Made by a program: the position numbers and the translations under genes. From positions 152,450-216,449 of the forward strand of contig CBDDBZ010000030.1 in NCBI GenBank assembly GCA_965225945.1: DNA of 64,000 nucleotides. The letters run 5' to 3'. The notes beneath the pieces are model-generated. The model ran no database searches and was not told the DNA's origin. It saw nothing but the letters and a program-made list of their open reading frames with translations. Positions 61,526 to 64,000 of this stretch are shown in pieces; position 1 is the stretch's first letter, and each line of letters begins with the position of its first letter. The stretch is from Alphaproteobacteria bacterium. Lineage in GTDB: Bacteria > Pseudomonadota > Alphaproteobacteria > GCA-2731375.

Positions 61526-62550
61526 GGCTCAATTCGTGAATTGTATGCGTCACCTTGTTACGGCGGCGGCGAGGCAGGCTCGGTCATTGGCGCCGGGGGC
61601 GAGGCCGACGAGGTGGAACCAGCTCAGGTAGTTGTCCAGATAGCGGGTGGCGATGCCGCGGCGGGGACGCAGGAAGTCCTTCAACCGGCTGTGGCGGCTG
61701 TTCACCGTCTGCACATGCAGATCGCCCCGAACCCGTTCCCCCATCGAGCGGTTGAGTGCTTCGTGGCTCACCCCGAGCGCGGCGGCGCACGGTGGGTAGC
61801 TCGCGCCGCCGTCGGAGACCAGCAGGGCGTCCTTCGCGACCACCGGGTCGAGGGCAGCCGTGAGCGCCGCCGCATCGACCCTGGGCAGCACCGCGCTGAC
61901 CGTCGTTCCGCTCTGGTCCGCCGCCATGAGAACCGGTACCTGCTCGCGCGAGAGGCCGCGCTTCTTCGCCTTGCCGCCCCGCCGCCGTGCCTTGCGCCCC
62001 AGCCCGCGCGCGCCCTTCCGGCTCTCCAGGACGTAGGTCTCGTCCGCTTCCACGATCCCCTTGAGCACCTCCGAATCGCTCCGCGCCGCCGCCAGAAACC
62101 GGTGACGCCAGCGGAACGCCGTGCTCACCGCCACGTCGCAGCGCGCCGCCGACGCCTTCACCGTCTCCCCCTTCGCCAGCGACGCCCCGAACGACAGCCA
62201 GCGTTCCTTGTGGTGCAAGCCCGACAGCGGCGTACCGCTCAGCGCGTTGAAGGTCCTGCCGCAGCCCTTGCACTGGTAGCGCCGCAGACCCCGCGCCATA
62301 CCGCGCGAAACCGCCCCTTCGCTCGCGCAGTGCGGACAGCGCCGGGCCTCGTCCACACCAAGCTCGATCGCGGCCTTCGATGCCTCGCCCTCGCTCCGGC
62401 CCGACAGCACCGCGAGCGCCTCGCGCCGCTGCGCGCGCGTCAGCCCGCGCGCCGCCGAAAGCCACACCTGGAAACCCTTGCCGTCCATAACCCAACCTCC
62501 TGACGTTGCAGGCACTCTATCACTAATGCATACAATTCACGAATTGAGCC
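61526..62550 (-). mobile_element. IS1595-family element (1025 bp, 8-bp TSD ATGAAAAA)
   Basis: Perfect 23-bp IRs GGCTCAATTCGTGAATTGTATGC; TSD at 61518-25 and 62551-58. Confidence 0.95.
61550..62488 (-). CDS. IS1595 transposase (Zn finger, D-D-N type triad)
   Basis: CPHC..CKGC, VEADETY, LVSDG, VQTVNSRH. Confidence 0.92.
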   Translation of the reverse strand: MDGKGFQVWLSAARGLTRAQRREALAVLSGRSEGEASKAAIELGVDEARRCPHCASEGAVSRGMARGLRRYQCKGCGRTFNALSGTPLSGLHHKERWLSFGASLAKGETVKASAARCDVAVSTAFRWRHRFLAAARSDSEVLKGIVEADETYVLESRKGARGLGRKARRRGGKAKKRGLSREQVPVLMAADQSGTTVSAVLPRVDAAALTAALDPVVAKDALLVSDGGASYPPCAAALGVSHEALNRSMGERVRGDLHVQTVNSRHSRLKDFLRPRRGIATRYLDNYLSWFHLVGLAPGANDRACLAAAVTR

Positions 62551-63178
62551 ATGAAAAAAGCGATGAGAAAGCTGATGCCTTTGTTTTTTCCCAGCCTAAT
62601 GTTTTCGGTGATCTGAAATGCGTCGGGAAAATAGGGAATAGTGTGATAGTCGGTGGAAAAAATCCACTCGATGATATTGATCATGGAGATCCCTAATCCA
62701 AATGTGATCAATAGAGGTGTGAGCTCCGGACCACCTATCACTGCGTTCAGCAGCACTTTCTGCACGATGTAACCGAGACAAAATGCGACAGGCAAAGTGA
62801 TGAACATGGCCAGCAAGGGATCGATGTAGGCCCCGTAGCCCAGAAATTGTGGAGCATTGAAAACCACGTATGTGAGATAGGCGCCGAGGACGACAAATTC
62901 GCCATGGGCGACGTTGATCACCCGCATGACGCCGACGATCAACGTAAGTCCGACGGCGAACATGGCGTAAACACCACCTTGCATGAGACCGCTCAGCGCC
63001 ACCGTCGTCAAATCGGCGAGCCACTGCAAGTCGTAAATGACGTTGTCGGTCATTATTCCGACAGCAAATGGCAAGGTGTAGATCACAACCAGGAATCCAC
63101 CCAGGAGGTACAAGCTTCGGGCGTCCGATCTTTCCATTCCGCGGAGTGTTCCTCTAGCTTGCTTCGCGAAAATTCCAG

Positions 63179-63213
63179 ATGAGGTCGGGGGCCATTGATG
63201 GTCCCGACCTCAT
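63179..63213. other. Intergenic stem-loop between SBP and permease genes
   Basis: ATGAGGTCGGG..CCCGACCTCAT 11-bp stem. Confidence 0.5.
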
Positions 63214-63509
63214 GAGTGGATGGTTGTGTTAGACCAGAACTCGAACCCACGCACTCGAAGCCGGTGGCTTTGCTCGAGTGCTTCGCGCGGAACGTCCCGA
63301 TTCCACCGGCACCTTCGCCACCGTCAACGACGCGGCGCTTCGCTGCGCGGGCGAGTCCTGTTCCCCTCGGGTCGAACGGACGTCGCTCTCCCCGAAGACC
63401 CTCGAATTCCAGCCGACGAAAATCAAGGAACGTCTAGCGATATCCATAGTTCTTTAATTTACGCCCCTAAGAATTAGCGCGATCCCCGGATAAAGTGTCG
63501 TCCAATGAC

Positions 63510-64000
63510 CTATCTCTCACTCCATTTCGGCATGGGTAGCTTGGCCTCGACTTGAGCTTGATCCTTCGGCCATACAATCATGCGCTTCCCGTTCTGGATC
63601 TGAAAGGTCATGCCTCTATGACCGTTGAGGCCTAATTCGTTGACCCTGTATCGACCGAACATGGTCATCACATCGATGCTCGCATAGGCGTCGCGGAGTT
63701 TCTCACTGTCGAAACTGCCCGCATGCTTCACCGCCGCTTCCAAGACCTGCATGGCACCGTAAGCCGCGCCAGCATGGTAGTCGGGCGAGGTGCCGTATTT
63801 TTTCTCGTAGGCATCGATATACTCTTGCATTCCGGGATATCCCAAAATGTCGGGGATGGGCTCCCATTGCGTGAAGCCCAGCACGTATTCCGCCGTGGAA
63901 CCGAGGTCTTTCGCGAACCTCGGCAGGCCTGGGCCTACCGTGCTGGCAAATATCTTCAGGTTGTAGTCCATCTCCCGGAGCGTGCGGATTTGTGAAGCGG
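63510..64000 (-). CDS. Liv-type ABC substrate-binding protein, C-terminal part (5' end beyond window)
   Basis: PDYHAGAAYG..QIQNG..IVWP..PMPKWSER. Confidence 0.85.
   Translation of the reverse strand, partial: ASQIRTLREMDYNLKIFASTVGPGLPRFAKDLGSTAEYVLGFTQWEPIPDILGYPGMQEYIDAYEKKYGTSPDYHAGAAYGAMQVLEAAVKHAGSFDSEKLRDAYASIDVMTMFGRYRVNELGLNGHRGMTFQIQNGKRMIVWPKDQAQVEAKLPMPKWSER

Larger units (their letters stand above)
61097..63137 (-). pseudogene. LivH-like permease split by IS1595
   Basis: GVMRVINVAHG N-part; removing the IS restores ..FITFSVFFFLKFHRLGKAIRATSQN.. Confidence 0.9.

Noticed and set aside
63216-63477. Small ORFs between permease and SBP genes
   Set aside because: No recognisable family; likely non-coding with hairpins.

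Overview
GC-rich alphaproteobacterial chromosome segment. Housekeeping genes: acnA, murJ-trpS, glyQ-glyS-ppdK, groES-groEL with CIRCE and RpoH-type promoter, a two-component pair, htpG. It also holds three Liv-type ABC operons and two catabolic clusters: a Mo-hydroxylase with transporter, deacetylase and VOC genes, and a MaoC/acyl-CoA dehydrogenase/CoA-transferase operon. Three accessory mosaics stand out. (i) ~8.6-17.8 kb: IS630s, egtB-egtD, a decayed PIN-like gene, and an XRE-ImmA/DUF4411 module bracketed by directly repeated palindromic sites. (ii) ~40.1-45.7 kb: a duplicated ppdK 3' end, two copies of a ~100-130 bp inverted-repeat element sitting exactly at gene-truncation junctions, an IS630-split adenylate cyclase and higBA. 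(iii) ~58.6-64 kb: a lower-GC, decaying ABC operon split by an intact IS1595. The best novelty candidates are the short IR element at gene-chimera junctions and the repeat-flanked ImmA/PIN cassette. Both are inferences from sequence only; no database search was run. Some indels may be assembly artefacts.
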